IMG/VR virus record: IMGVR_UViG_3300000114_000743
Origin: a virus
DNA: 64,000 nt
Direction: 5' to 3' (one strand)
How positions within the stretch are numbered: position 1 is the stretch's first letter; each line of letters opens with the position of its first letter. The notes under the pieces are model-generated. The model searched no databases, was not told the DNA's origin, and saw nothing but the letters and a program-made list of their open reading frames with translations. Below, one piece after another: positions 10,533-19,962 of this stretch. The translations under genes were made by a program, and so were the position numbers.

Positions 10533-10719
10533 CACCGTCCTCCGGCAATTCTTCATCAATCTTTATTGAAATGCTTAACCCGTCAATTTCGCTCCAATCA
10601 GAAAGAATCTTGTTTAAGTCATAAATCTTCGTTTCATCTTTAATAATTTCGGTTATCGTCATGTCTTCTTTACAAATAGTTGCGTTTCGGAATAACACTG
10701 CCTTTGAAAATTTAGCCAT
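10519..10719 (-). CDS. YonK-like small protein
   Basis: MAKFSKAV...YDLNKILSDW...SISIK pattern, position next to YonJ-like gene. Confidence 0.7.
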   Translation of the reverse strand: MAKFSKAVLFRNATICKEDMTITEIIKDETKIYDLNKILSDWSEIDGLSISIKIDEELPEDGDEAE

Positions 10720-10736
10720 TAATATATCTCCTCCAT

Positions 10737-10752
10737 GTTATAATTTGATATA
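10737..10752 (-). repeat. TATAAC tandem motif (TATATCAAATTATAAC) abutting RBS of YonK-like gene
   Basis: Direct read. Confidence 0.7.
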
Positions 10753-10837
10753 TCCCATATATACATTTTGCAAACCCTTTAATTAACAGGGGTTGAGGGA
10801 TATGTGTAGTAGACTTAACCGTCATTTTTTGTAAACA

Positions 10838-10876
10838 AGCAAAAAGACGAACCGATTAATCGTTCCGTCTTTTGCT
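10838..10876 (-). terminator. Intrinsic terminator downstream of HU remnant
   Basis: gcaaaaagacg...cgtcttttgc inverted repeat. Confidence 0.6.
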
Positions 10877-10910
10877 ATCCTCTAAAAATTTCATATGATA
10901 AATCTTAAAA

Positions 10911-11120
10911 CTATTTGTTCATAGCGTTTTCCAAAGCCTTTCCTAACTTCAAAACGAGGTGTTTTTGAAGCGGCAATTTTCATCGGTGCGTCGGATTGTG
11001 GGTTTCTTCCTCCGCGGGAGGCGCTAACGGCTACGTCAAATATACTCAAATTATTAAGGGGCTTTGTTTGCTCAAACATGGCGGTTAATTGTCGTCATGT
11101 TTGAGTGCATCAGTAATGAT
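10911..11120 (-). pseudogene. Decayed HU/IHF-like gene (YonN position)
   Basis: Fragments IITDALKHDD, GRNPQSDAPMKIAASKTPRF and, after removing one base, VGKALENAMNK*; N-terminus absent. Confidence 0.75.
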
Positions 11121-11131
11121 AAAACAGTTTT

Positions 11132-14100
11132 TTATTTTGGTATGACTGGCTTTATAACCTGCTTGACAATTAATTTGTCTGCATTACTGTTTTCATACAC
11201 AACAATTTCTAAATATTCGCTAACAGGGTTAATGCTGACTGGTGATGATGAAAGCGAGTATATTCCTTCTCCTGAACTTATTGTTGCAGTATTGAAGCTC
11301 ACTTTTGTTTTTACACCCGTATCATCAATTTTATAAACTTCAACGAACACACTTGCCAGATGTGTACTTACTGCGGTCAATTTAATCGTATTCATGGTCA
11401 TCAATTTTGAAGTTTTATTGTATGTCATGCCGGGCGTTGTTATGATGAAGTCATATGAAGTTAGGGCATTAATAGAGTTAATAGAACCAAAATCCTTCCA
11501 AACATGCGTCGTCTGATATATTGAAACAGAGTTATCTGGAACATACAACTCGACGTTACTCAAATTAATTCCTCCAAAATCCTCGGTTCGGATAGACGGA
11601 GGAAAATCCACTAAGCAAGTAACTTCTTTCAAACCATCGCAACCGTAAAAGGCGTTTAGTCCGATTCTTGTAATGCTTTCAGGGATAGTAATTTCTTCTA
11701 AGCTCGAACAATTATAAAAGGAGTTATCAGAAATAATAGTTACACCATTGGGAATCTCTACACTTTCAAGCTCAACGCAGTCATAAAATGCGCTGTTGGC
11801 GATTGTGTTGAGATTGCTCGGCAAAACTACTGACTTAATATTTGTTCTCGCTAAATCAAAACTTGACAAATTATCAAAGGACGATAAGTTAAGAGTGCCG
11901 CCCACTTTTAAGCTATTGAAATTAAACTCTTTAACTCTATAACTACCGGAATCTAATTCCCATATTACACCCGACCACTCGCCCGGTTTGTTTAAATCCC
12001 ATCCCAAAAGTGATAAATTGTTAGCGGTATTTGCAAATTTATTTAATATGCTATATTCGGTCGGATTAAACATACTTACTGCGGCAGAAATTTTCTGAGA
12101 AATATAACTTACTCGTGAATTAAGTCTGGTTTCAATATCCTTTAAATGGTGATAAACCCAAGTGTTTCCTGCAATAACTAAATAGTTGTCTTCGCAGTCA
12201 ACAAACGTAAGCAAGGGGCAATTCGATGTATATTCATTTATGCCGATTGCTAAACTGTTTATACCTGCATTTCTGCATGAAAGATAAGCTAATTTTGCAC
12301 AGTTTGAAACATTGACAGATGTTAAACGATTGTCGTCGCAGGAAAGACGGGTAAGCTGTGTCATTCCCGACAAATTTAAGTTTCCTGCAAGTTCCAACCC
12401 GTCGATATATAGTTCCTGTACATAATATTGATTGTTTGACAATACCCATAACACACCCGTCCATGTTTCAGGACTGGATAAATTCCATCCGAGTTTTGAC
12501 AGGTTAGAGCCTTGATTCGCAAATGTTGTAAGGAGCGTGACATCGCCGGAGTTCATCACAGGATTTTCCCTAATTTTTTGCGGTTCATACCAAGCCACCG
12601 AACCGGGGCGGGTTTCTATTGTTTGTATCTGCGTTAATAATGCTGAATCGTCGCCAATGTCTAAAAAATTATCCTCACATCGGAGCTTGGTTAATGCTGT
12701 ATTTGCTGATAAATTAAGTGTTAATAAATTATTACTGCTACACCATAAATCGGTAAGTGATGTATTGTTTGAAACATTCAATGTAATCAGCGTATTAGCT
12801 TCACAGTTAAGTTTTTCAAGACCTATGGTGCTATTTAAATTAAGAGCCGTAAGTTTATTATACCCACAGTCTATTGTCGCAGCGGTTGGTACGGTTAATT
12901 CCGATAAGTAGTTGTCGGCGCAATTTAAATCAACAAGTGAATTACATCCAGTCAAATTAAGTTTATATATTAGATTCCCTCTTATGTTTAAATCTTCCAG
13001 TTTAGAGAAACCACTTAAATTTAGCTCGCCGAACACATCTTTGAACTCAATATTTATTGAACTGACTCGATTTTCTAAGTCAGAAGTCCAAAGCACACCA
13101 TCCCATGTTGAACAATCCGTTAAATTCCACCCAAGAATTTGTAGGTTATCGTCAAATTGAGCAAATGCTTTAAGTTGCGCTATTTCACTTGCGTTTGGGT
13201 TTGATGGATTTTGTATACCCGTTGCAGAAACACTTAAAAACATATGGGGGGTATCTGCCGTAAACAAATCATTTTTTAACGCCGAATAGTATGTAAAAGG
13301 TGTATGTGTATTATAGATATAATTTTTAAATGTGTCGCTTCCGTCAATAAAATAGCTTGCTATTCGACCGAATTTTGAATTAAATTTAAATGTTAAGATT
13401 CTCAAATTCCCGTCTATTGCAGCAGGTGCAACTACTTCTCTGAAAAAATAGTACAACGTTTCATAAGGTGTTTCATACTTGTGCCATATATCTCCTCCTG
13501 CTTCCGGCGGTCGCTGACTAACAAGTAAATCATAACTTGAATCTTTTTCATAATAATCTTGAACTGAACTCCAGTAACCTCCGACATAGGATAACATTCC
13601 TGATGTCCCTTCAGAATTAAAATTAACTTTATCTTTTTTATAAGAGAGGTCAATAAAGTTGCTTACTTCATTCTTGAATTTATTACTGTTGGCGGTATTG
13701 CTGTCATTATATTCATAATCTGCGTTTGCAGAATATAGTATGCCGTGTTTACCATATGTCCAATAATCTTTCAACGGTACTTGAGGAACAAAATCGTCCT
13801 CGAAACAAAAGTTGAATATGTTGTTTACTAACGAACCGGAAGGATTTGGGTTGCGTGTATTGTTCGGCGTAGCAAAAGTATATGCAAAAATATTACTTGA
13901 ACCATAAGTGCTGTTCAAATCATACGCCAGTAAATTAGCTACTGCAGCCCCACGGCTATGTCCGGTTACCAAGATAAGTGGATTGCTAATATTATATTTA
14001 CTAAGATAGTCAGTCAGTTGTCCTTTGACGCACTCTTTCCCTTCGTTAAAGCTATAGTGATTTATCAAACTTTGATAATGGTCACCTGTGACATCCATAT

Positions 14101-15766
14101 TACCTTTCCATTCTTCGGTGTCTGTACCTCTGATGATAACTGTTACAAGGTTTCTTTCTATTCCGTTATTGAAAACTTTTTTATGTGCAAGCGTAAAACT
14201 TACATTTTGTGCGTTATTATCTTTATATTGCGATATTTTTTCCCCAAAATCCCATATAACATCTTTATATTTTTCTTCGTTCCTCAATCTGTAAATCAAA
14301 TTTTCAGGATAACTAAATTCTTTATAAAAATTTTTACTGGTTTTCTTTGTTACTTCAGCATAATTATCGTTGTAATAAACAATATTTTCATAAGCAAGCT
14401 TAGAATATTCGGCGCATAAAACTGCTAAATCCTTGCTGTAAACATTAGATTGAAAAGCCCACTCATTTTGTGCCACATACTTTATTGGTTGTATTTGCGC
14501 GCCGCTTAAACCTTTATTAAGTTCATTATAAATTACCGTTTTTTCATTGGACGATATGAGCGAAAGAACGTCGACTCCCGAATAATCTCTTGTTTTTGTC
14601 ATAAGTAGGTTAAACTTACCTATAGGCGTATTTGCGCCGTATTTAATAATTTCGCTTGTTGACAAATCCTCTATATATCTGAAAGCGTTTCTTAAGTGTA
14701 CCCAATCAACATTATCGGTTATTTTGATTAAAACGCAAGCCATCCCGTAATAACTGTATTTGTTGTTATTAAAAGATTGATTGTAACTAACGCTTCCGTT
14801 GATTCTGTCTGCATAATTATAAATATAATCTTTATAGCCGACACCGCCTGTGAACTTTTTTCCTTGTTGAAAAAACGCTTCGTTTGTTTGATCAAAATAA
14901 TAATATGTAAAAAAAGTGTTTAATGCCAGGCTATCAAATCCCCAGTTGGGATGTACAAAACTATAACTTATTCCCTTAATCGGCATTTCAGCTATATTTA
15001 CATTATTAGCAACCATATTGGCTGCTACATCCATAGCTGTTAAATAGTTATCATCTTGAATCGACCAATAAATTCTTTGTCCTGAATCCGTATAATTCAT
15101 TTCAACTTCTTGAGGCAAATGCCTTGATGTTTGGAAATACATATTTTTGTCAACTCTATTGCTAAAAGGTCTATCGCCGCCAACCAAACCATAAACAACA
15201 TAATTCGCTTCGGTTATTTTTTGCAAAAATGTATTCAAATGTGTATATGTAAAAATATCGGCAAAACAGTTTTCTAATTTAAAAACCATATTAAAGCCCA
15301 AATGACTTTTTGAAATATCGGCTCTGTAGCTTTCCGGTGGTAAAAGCGGTCCAACTCTGGTTCTCGGAGTTTCTGTCGAAAAATTATTCTCGAAAAACAA
15401 ATCGTCGCTTGTTATCAAATCAAGAAAAACATAATCTATTTCATCTTCGCCGACACCGAAAATTTCAGAATAGTTTTGCAAAATATATTCAGAGTCCATT
15501 TCGGTTCCATAAAGTTCATAAAACTTTTCTTTCAATTCAACATTCCTATAATTTCCGTCCATTAAAGCAAAATATTTTTCTCTTGCTTCGTTTATAGACG
15601 AAAATCCATTCTCGCTTACCATTGCTAATTCATACTCAGGTAATGGCTCATTGTTTTCGCTGACCGTCGCCAAAGCCGTCAATGAATTAAAGCAGAATAA
15701 AGCTACCATAAGAAGGGATATACAACTAACAAAACTTTTTCTTGTGATTTTTTGATTTATTTTCAT
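11132..15766 (-). CDS. Large secreted class-3 lipase / LRR / BspA-repeat protein
   Basis: Signal peptide; GHSRG nucleophile elbow, IRGT, EDDFVP, late His; three LGW(N/D)L...W.GV.W-capped LRR blocks; BspA-type repeats (SIGxxAFYxC-like). Confidence 0.8.
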   Translation of the reverse strand: MKINQKITRKSFVSCISLLMVALFCFNSLTALATVSENNEPLPEYELAMVSENGFSSINEAREKYFALMDGNYRNVELKEKFYELYGTEMDSEYILQNYSEIFGVGEDEIDYVFLDLITSDDLFFENNFSTETPRTRVGPLLPPESYRADISKSHLGFNMVFKLENCFADIFTYTHLNTFLQKITEANYVVYGLVGGDRPFSNRVDKNMYFQTSRHLPQEVEMNYTDSGQRIYWSIQDDNYLTAMDVAANMVANNVNIAEMPIKGISYSFVHPNWGFDSLALNTFFTYYYFDQTNEAFFQQGKKFTGGVGYKDYIYNYADRINGSVSYNQSFNNNKYSYYGMACVLIKITDNVDWVHLRNAFRYIEDLSTSEIIKYGANTPIGKFNLLMTKTRDYSGVDVLSLISSNEKTVIYNELNKGLSGAQIQPIKYVAQNEWAFQSNVYSKDLAVLCAEYSKLAYENIVYYNDNYAEVTKKTSKNFYKEFSYPENLIYRLRNEEKYKDVIWDFGEKISQYKDNNAQNVSFTLAHKKVFNNGIERNLVTVIIRGTDTEEWKGNMDVTGDHYQSLINHYSFNEGKECVKGQLTDYLSKYNISNPLILVTGHSRGAAVANLLAYDLNSTYGSSNIFAYTFATPNNTRNPNPSGSLVNNIFNFCFEDDFVPQVPLKDYWTYGKHGILYSANADYEYNDSNTANSNKFKNEVSNFIDLSYKKDKVNFNSEGTSGMLSYVGGYWSSVQDYYEKDSSYDLLVSQRPPEAGGDIWHKYETPYETLYYFFREVVAPAAIDGNLRILTFKFNSKFGRIASYFIDGSDTFKNYIYNTHTPFTYYSALKNDLFTADTPHMFLSVSATGIQNPSNPNASEIAQLKAFAQFDDNLQILGWNLTDCSTWDGVLWTSDLENRVSSINIEFKDVFGELNLSGFSKLEDLNIRGNLIYKLNLTGCNSLVDLNCADNYLSELTVPTAATIDCGYNKLTALNLNSTIGLEKLNCEANTLITLNVSNNTSLTDLWCSSNNLLTLNLSANTALTKLRCEDNFLDIGDDSALLTQIQTIETRPGSVAWYEPQKIRENPVMNSGDVTLLTTFANQGSNLSKLGWNLSSPETWTGVLWVLSNNQYYVQELYIDGLELAGNLNLSGMTQLTRLSCDDNRLTSVNVSNCAKLAYLSCRNAGINSLAIGINEYTSNCPLLTFVDCEDNYLVIAGNTWVYHHLKDIETRLNSRVSYISQKISAAVSMFNPTEYSILNKFANTANNLSLLGWDLNKPGEWSGVIWELDSGSYRVKEFNFNSLKVGGTLNLSSFDNLSSFDLARTNIKSVVLPSNLNTIANSAFYDCVELESVEIPNGVTIISDNSFYNCSSLEEITIPESITRIGLNAFYGCDGLKEVTCLVDFPPSIRTEDFGGINLSNVELYVPDNSVSIYQTTHVWKDFGSINSINALTSYDFIITTPGMTYNKTSKLMTMNTIKLTAVSTHLASVFVEVYKIDDTGVKTKVSFNTATISSGEGIYSLSSSPVSINPVSEYLEIVVYENSNADKLIVKQVIKPVIPK

Positions 15767-15801
15767 TTAATATTCATCCTTTCTGATTTTTAATAATTTG
15801 T

Positions 15802-16341
15802 TTAATTTTCTATTAATCTGATTATCGGTCTATCATCTACCCAATGACCATTTTTAACACGACTATACAAGTCAAGTTTGGTTCTAATACTAATTCTTAT
15901 GGAACTACTTATTTCATTAAAATTTGGAGCATCTTTAGAAGTGACATAAATACATACCTGCATAAATACATCATCTATTTCATACTCATAAAAAACATCG
16001 CTATTTTTTTCTATTGTTTCCTTTAATTCCTGTTCAATATCTTCTTCAATTTTTCTCAGCAGTTTATCTTTTTGCCCAGGTAAAAAATACACTTTTTTAT
16101 AATAAACCGAACGTAAGAAACTTGTATGAATCGATTTTGATTTATAGTAATAATCTTTATAGTTACGACTGTAAATGGCTGTTCTTCCGTTTCCTAAATT
16201 CGCTGTATCAAAGCGCCATTCTGTCCAAAAGAAAAAAAGTATTATTATTAAAAATATCGACAACGCGATTGTGATTTTTATTTTCTTTTTAGCGAGAGTT
16301 ATCAACGCAGACATTGCATTTTTAATTAACACATCATCCAT
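15802..16341 (-). CDS. Single-TM membrane protein, paralog of 16354-16911
   Basis: Basic N-terminus + TM; shared YFLPGQK..L.KI.ED and L.LYS.VKNG. Confidence 0.75.
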   Translation of the reverse strand: MDDVLIKNAMSALITLAKKKIKITIALSIFLIIILFFFWTEWRFDTANLGNGRTAIYSRNYKDYYYKSKSIHTSFLRSVYYKKVYFLPGQKDKLLRKIEEDIEQELKETIEKNSDVFYEYEIDDVFMQVCIYVTSKDAPNFNEISSSIRISIRTKLDLYSRVKNGHWVDDRPIIRLIEN

Positions 16342-16353
16342 CCTTCTGCTGTT

Positions 16354-16911
16354 TTAATTGTTTGAGTCATTTTCTATATGTATGAATGTTGACCCATCAT
16401 ATTCTAAACGGCGACCATTTTTAACATCGCTGTATAACAGTATTATATCTCCAATACGGCTAAATGCAGGATTTATTTTATCTCCTCTCGGATCATAAAT
16501 ACCATATGAAAAATCTGGAACTTCATAGATATGAACTTTCCTAAAATCATCACTGATTTCATATCCGGTAAAGTAATCTCCGTTTTCGTCCATCATTTTT
16601 TCCAGTTCAGTTACTACATCTTCTCTGATTTTTGCCAACATTTTCTTTTTTTGACCGGGTAAAAAATAAATTTTCGCGCGAAGATGTGACCCGAAAAAAT
16701 TTCGGACACTCCATTTGACATATAAGTAACAATCGTCATATTCCTCGATATAGTTTTGACTTCGCCCCTCTTTTACAAGTACAGGGGTAAAACAGACTTC
16801 CGTCACGAAAAAATAGAGAAGTATCGTTAATAATGTAGCTAACATTATTGAGGTTTTTGGTTTCCGCTTGCAGAAGGATTTCGCCTTGGATATTGCGTTT
16901 TTGATTGCCAT
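16354..16911 (-). CDS. Single-TM membrane protein, paralog of 15802-16341
   Basis: Basic N-terminus + TM; shared motifs as above. Confidence 0.75.
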   Translation of the reverse strand: MAIKNAISKAKSFCKRKPKTSIMLATLLTILLYFFVTEVCFTPVLVKEGRSQNYIEEYDDCYLYVKWSVRNFFGSHLRAKIYFLPGQKKKMLAKIREDVVTELEKMMDENGDYFTGYEISDDFRKVHIYEVPDFSYGIYDPRGDKINPAFSRIGDIILLYSDVKNGRRLEYDGSTFIHIENDSNN

Positions 16912-16953
16912 TTTGCTCTACTCCTTTTATTTTCTCTAACTTATGCGCTCAAA

Positions 16954-18963
16954 TTAATATGTTGCTATATCAACGGTCGTGCTACCGAAACCAGCTCTTT
17001 TAAATTTAACAAAGGTGATTATATCATCATAATTCCCCGTATAGTCAAACGCGATTAACCCTGCGTTAGTGTCATTTTGAATATTGCTAACGTTCCCGCC
17101 GCTGTCGATCAAAACAAATTCGAGAATATCCGTATCGTAGCTTATGTAGAAATGATTTGCGTTTGTGTTCGTCATTTCCGACATTATTATGGGAATATCG
17201 TAATATGTTTTTTTCTCGACCTCGAATGACACGCTGATCACGTTACTTTCGGCGACTACATCTTTTTTACCATATCCGTCTAATAACAATGACAAATCCA
17301 ACGCATCAACTTGACCGTCGCCGTTTAAATCAGATATTCTCGTTCCTGATTTGCCATAATTGTCAAGCAATTCAGAAAAGTCTCCGGAATCTATTTGTCC
17401 GTCGTTGTTAATATCGCCCGGAATAAGCGTGACTAACGGCAATGTTAGGCTATTGGGAACTTTCATTATTAATTTCCTATATGATAAATGACCGGGCTTT
17501 TTCGCTTCAAACATATATGAACCCAATGGTACATTTTCAAATAAATAATCAGTCGTAATTTTTCCGTTTGTGTCGGCCACTCTGGTAAGCGACAAAATAT
17601 CAGCTAAACCGCTTTTCATCAACTTAATTGCTACGTCATTTTTATGATTATAAGAAACAACCTGCCCTGATACAGAGTGTTCACCTGCGGGTGGTAACGG
17701 CGTTGATGTTGCCGCAGGTATTGGCGTGGGAGTTGCTAATGGGTTGGGAGTGAAACCAGGTGTAGGAGGTTCGTCATTATTTGTAAAACAACCATACAAA
17801 TATTGCGTGACATTGGAAGGATTTCCTGAATATGTCCACAAAAAGCAAACAATATGATATTCGCTATTTTGCTTTAATCCTGTAAAAGTATAATCACCGC
17901 TTGGAAGTGCGTTAGGAAATTGGCTACTGTCCCATATTCCGCTACCACTACTGACATCAAATATTCTAATCGTAGCGTCACGAAATTCCGAAGTAAGATT
18001 AATTCTTACGGTTATAGTGCTTTTTGAACTGCTGACAAACGAGATATTTGCTTGCGGTGCTGGCGTGGGGCGTGGTGTCGGAGTTGGGGTAGGTGTAGGA
18101 ATTAGAGTAGGCGTGGGAGAAATAGTTGGCGTTGGGGAAGGCGTCGGTGTTGAAGAAATAGTTGGCGTTGGAGATGGTGTCGGCGTTGGTGAAATTGTCG
18201 GTGTTGGCGAAGGAGTGGGGTCGTTGTTGTTATTAGTCCAAGCACCGTTTAAAGATTCAGTTATAAGATTACCTTGATTAAAACGATGATAAAGAATATC
18301 ATACGAGGTATACGGCTCTAAACCGGTAAATGTATATTGTCCACTTGTAATGCCCATACTTTGCGTAAATTGTTCTTCCCATACACCGTTTTTCCAAATA
18401 AGCATTGACGGTGAAGTATGTCCTGACGGAACTGTAATTGCAACAGTTATAGTGGTTCTTGAACTGCTGACAAAAGAAATGTTCGCCTGTGGTACTGGCG
18501 TAGGAGGAAGATAACCATCTTCTGCTAATGTTCTTTCTCCCCAAAAGGTTCTCATTACCCAATCACTACCATCCTCCGGCATATAATAATAAAAGATGTC
18601 ATATTGAGTAAATGGGGTTAATCCGGTAAATGTATATTCTCCGGTTGAAATATTATTGTGTTGCGTGAGCCAGTTGTCTTCCCCCGAAGGACGATATTGT
18701 AAATTATACCAATAAGCACCGGGGGGAAGAACTATGCTTACCGTTATTGTGTACTTTGTGACATCAATTAGAGTAAGGACTTCTGCCTCCATTAATTTAA
18801 TTGAGTTTGACCCGCGCTCTGCTTGGTTTTCACTCGGAGGTATGGGTTGCGGGGGTTTAGGTTGTGGATTTCCAGCCAAAATCGTTGAAAATGTTAATAA
18901 CGAAATAACGAGAAAAGCTGCTGTTGCCGTTATTATTGATATTGTTCTTTTATGTTTATTCAC
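16954..18963 (-). CDS. Secreted protein: three FN3-like repeats, PT linker, dockerin, cohesin-like C-terminus
   Basis: [13 protein letters not shown] repeats with YTFTGL; [13 protein letters not shown]...[12 protein letters not shown] dockerin; [11 protein letters not shown] cohesin-like; GTG start after AAGGAGG. Confidence 0.75.
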   Translation of the reverse strand: MNKHKRTISIITATAAFLVISLLTFSTILAGNPQPKPPQPIPPSENQAERGSNSIKLMEAEVLTLIDVTKYTITVSIVLPPGAYWYNLQYRPSGEDNWLTQHNNISTGEYTFTGLTPFTQYDIFYYYMPEDGSDWVMRTFWGERTLAEDGYLPPTPVPQANISFVSSSRTTITVAITVPSGHTSPSMLIWKNGVWEEQFTQSMGITSGQYTFTGLEPYTSYDILYHRFNQGNLITESLNGAWTNNNNDPTPSPTPTISPTPTPSPTPTISSTPTPSPTPTISPTPTLIPTPTPTPTPRPTPAPQANISFVSSSKSTITVRINLTSEFRDATIRIFDVSSGSGIWDSSQFPNALPSGDYTFTGLKQNSEYHIVCFLWTYSGNPSNVTQYLYGCFTNNDEPPTPGFTPNPLATPTPIPAATSTPLPPAGEHSVSGQVVSYNHKNDVAIKLMKSGLADILSLTRVADTNGKITTDYLFENVPLGSYMFEAKKPGHLSYRKLIMKVPNSLTLPLVTLIPGDINNDGQIDSGDFSELLDNYGKSGTRISDLNGDGQVDALDLSLLLDGYGKKDVVAESNVISVSFEVEKKTYYDIPIIMSEMTNTNANHFYISYDTDILEFVLIDSGGNVSNIQNDTNAGLIAFDYTGNYDDIITFVKFKRAGFGSTTVDIATY
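18058..18222 (-). repeat. Pro/Thr low-complexity linker repeat
   Basis: ([10 protein letters not shown])n coding repeat. Confidence 0.85.
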
Positions 18964-19374
18964 TGTTTCCTCCTTCTTGCCGTTTGACGACAAAATTAAT
19001 TTATTAAGTTATTTTCAGGTCATACCTTCTTTTCCAAATTATAGCATAAAATCAAAATTTAAAACAAGCCTTATTTTAATTGCCGATTTATTGCGTTGAT
19101 AGAATCCTTGTGCTAACTTGTATCCATATGTTTTCCTCCTTTCGTCTTCCATTCGGGGGTTTACTGCCTTTAAATACACCTTTTTATTCCCTCAAAAGTT
19201 TTTATCTGTCCATTTTTCGGGGTACAGTTTAATTGAACTATATTAATGTTTACTTTTTTATAAAAGCCCCATTTAAAAACATTTTAAAGTAAAATGTTAA
19301 TAATTCGGCTTGTGTTTGCAAGAAACTTCTGTTATAATTCGCCTATAACAAGAACTATAAAAAAGTAAACCTTT

Positions 19375-19962
19375 TTATAGTTCTTGTTTTTTCTTTCCTC
19401 TCCGACATTCCCTCAAACGATTGTAGAATGTGGCTTGTTTCAAACCCGTTTGTTTTAAAACTTCTGAAATTGCTATTTTTCCTCGCTCCCATTGCTTCAC
19501 AATTTCACTGAAATTTTCAGGGGGCTTTTTTATAGGACGCCCAAATCGAACACCGCGCCGTTTTGCTGATGCAATGCCTTCTGCTTGACGTTGCAGGATA
19601 TAACCTCGCTCTAATTCCGCAACCGCACCAAATACCGTAAGCATAAACTTTCCCGTTGGAGTCGATGTGTCTATATGTTCCTTTTGGCTGACAAATTCAA
19701 CCCCTTTTGCCGTAAGTTTATCAATCAGCTCAAGCAAATCCCGTGTGTTTCGGGCAAATCGGCTAACAGATTCAACAATAACCGTGTCGCCCCGTTTCAC
19801 CGTTTTTAATAAACTTTGCAAGCCCGGACGCGCCGTATCCTTACCACTTTGTTTATCAATAAATATTTGTTTTGTTGGTATTTTTAACGCTTCAAAAGCA
19901 TCAAGCTGACGATTCTCATTCTGGCAAATATCCGATACACGGCAATAACCATATGTTTTCAA
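19375..19962 (-). CDS. Serine recombinase (resolvase/invertase family)
   Basis: YGYCRVS catalytic Ser, GDTVIVESVSRFAR, C-terminal HTH; start overlaps the YonO-like stop. Confidence 0.95.
   Translation of the reverse strand: MKTYGYCRVSDICQNENRQLDAFEALKIPTKQIFIDKQSGKDTARPGLQSLLKTVKRGDTVIVESVSRFARNTRDLLELIDKLTAKGVEFVSQKEHIDTSTPTGKFMLTVFGAVAELERGYILQRQAEGIASAKRRGVRFGRPIKKPPENFSEIVKQWERGKIAISEVLKQTGLKQATFYNRLRECRRGKKKQEL

Noticed and set aside
18017-18277. Gly/Val-rich ORF
   Set aside because: Reverse complement of the Pro/Thr linker
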